The translations under genes were made by a program, and so were the position numbers. From Malacoraja senta (taxonomy: Eukaryota), in assembly GCA_038087875.1 (NCBI GenBank), contig CM075989.1:18664001-18728000 (forward strand): a DNA stretch of 64,000 bases, written 5' to 3'. A model generated the notes under the pieces. The model was not told the DNA's origin. It saw only the letters and a list, made by a program, of their open reading frames with translations, and made no database searches. Below, one piece after another: positions 63,451-64,000 of this stretch. Each line of letters begins with the position of its first letter. Position 1 is the stretch's first letter.

Positions 63451-64000
63451 TGGTTATAGGGCAGAGGATTTCAAAACTGACAGGGTTTTCATCTTCTATC
63501 TCAAGGGTGTTGTTGAACCCTTTGGTTCAATGAAGCGTGAGTGGAAGAAGCAAACATGCCTTGGTCTCTCCCACCTCTGCACCCAACCCACGGATTGAGT
63601 GACGTGCAACGGCTTAACTGTACCGGAAACTAATCCCAAGGGCTTAAAGAAACATAAGCAATAACAGGTGGACGTTTGGTGTGAGATTGTATTGCTTATT
63701 CTAAACTTTTACAGTAGTTGGTGTGCAGACTGGAGGGGGGTTGGGAGGGGAGCGAAGTGTATCTATATGTATTTATCTCTATATGTATCTATATGTCAGC
63801 ATGGACAAGGTGGGCCGAAGGGCCTTTTTCCCTTCAGTACAGCTCCAGCATTCTAAAATCAAAATCAAAATATTAGCTGGTACCAGAAATGATACAGATT
63901 AGTGGGAAGAGTGGAATAGTAAGTCAGTACGATGATTTAACACAGAGTCTGTTTATTTAGAAAAACAACCTATATCCTCAACGAACCCTAACTTTGTTCC

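Overview
This is vertebrate genomic DNA, most likely a cartilaginous fish (skate, ray or shark), inferred from the repeat landscape of HE1/V-SINE-like SINEs, CR1-type LINEs and Penelope-like fragments. Two convergent genes can be assembled exon by exon with consistent GT-AG phases. On the + strand is the 3' part of DMXL2 (rabconnectin-3 alpha): 20 core exons from the window start to the stop at 32182, plus two in-frame cassette-exon candidates. On the - strand is a complete GLDN (gliomedin): 10 exons, ATG at 51524, stop at 34555, 536 aa, with a TATA box at about 51650. The rest is intronic or intergenic and dense in transposon relics (CR1, Rex1/Babar-like, Penelope-like, V-SINE, and hAT, Tc1 and Harbinger-like MITEs). 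The most notable observations are: (1) an abundant Penelope-associated short element carrying a minimal hammerhead-ribozyme-like core, often inserted as inverted pairs; (2) a piece of the DMXL2 3'UTR duplicated into the last intron, where it forms a candidate poison exon; (3) two candidate regulated cassette exons in DMXL2; (4) a templated copy of a GLDN splice junction that was later hit by a MITE; (5) a double Gly-to-Ala interruption in the GLDN collagen domain. No prokaryotic features or CRISPR arrays are present. Repeat boundaries are approximate.
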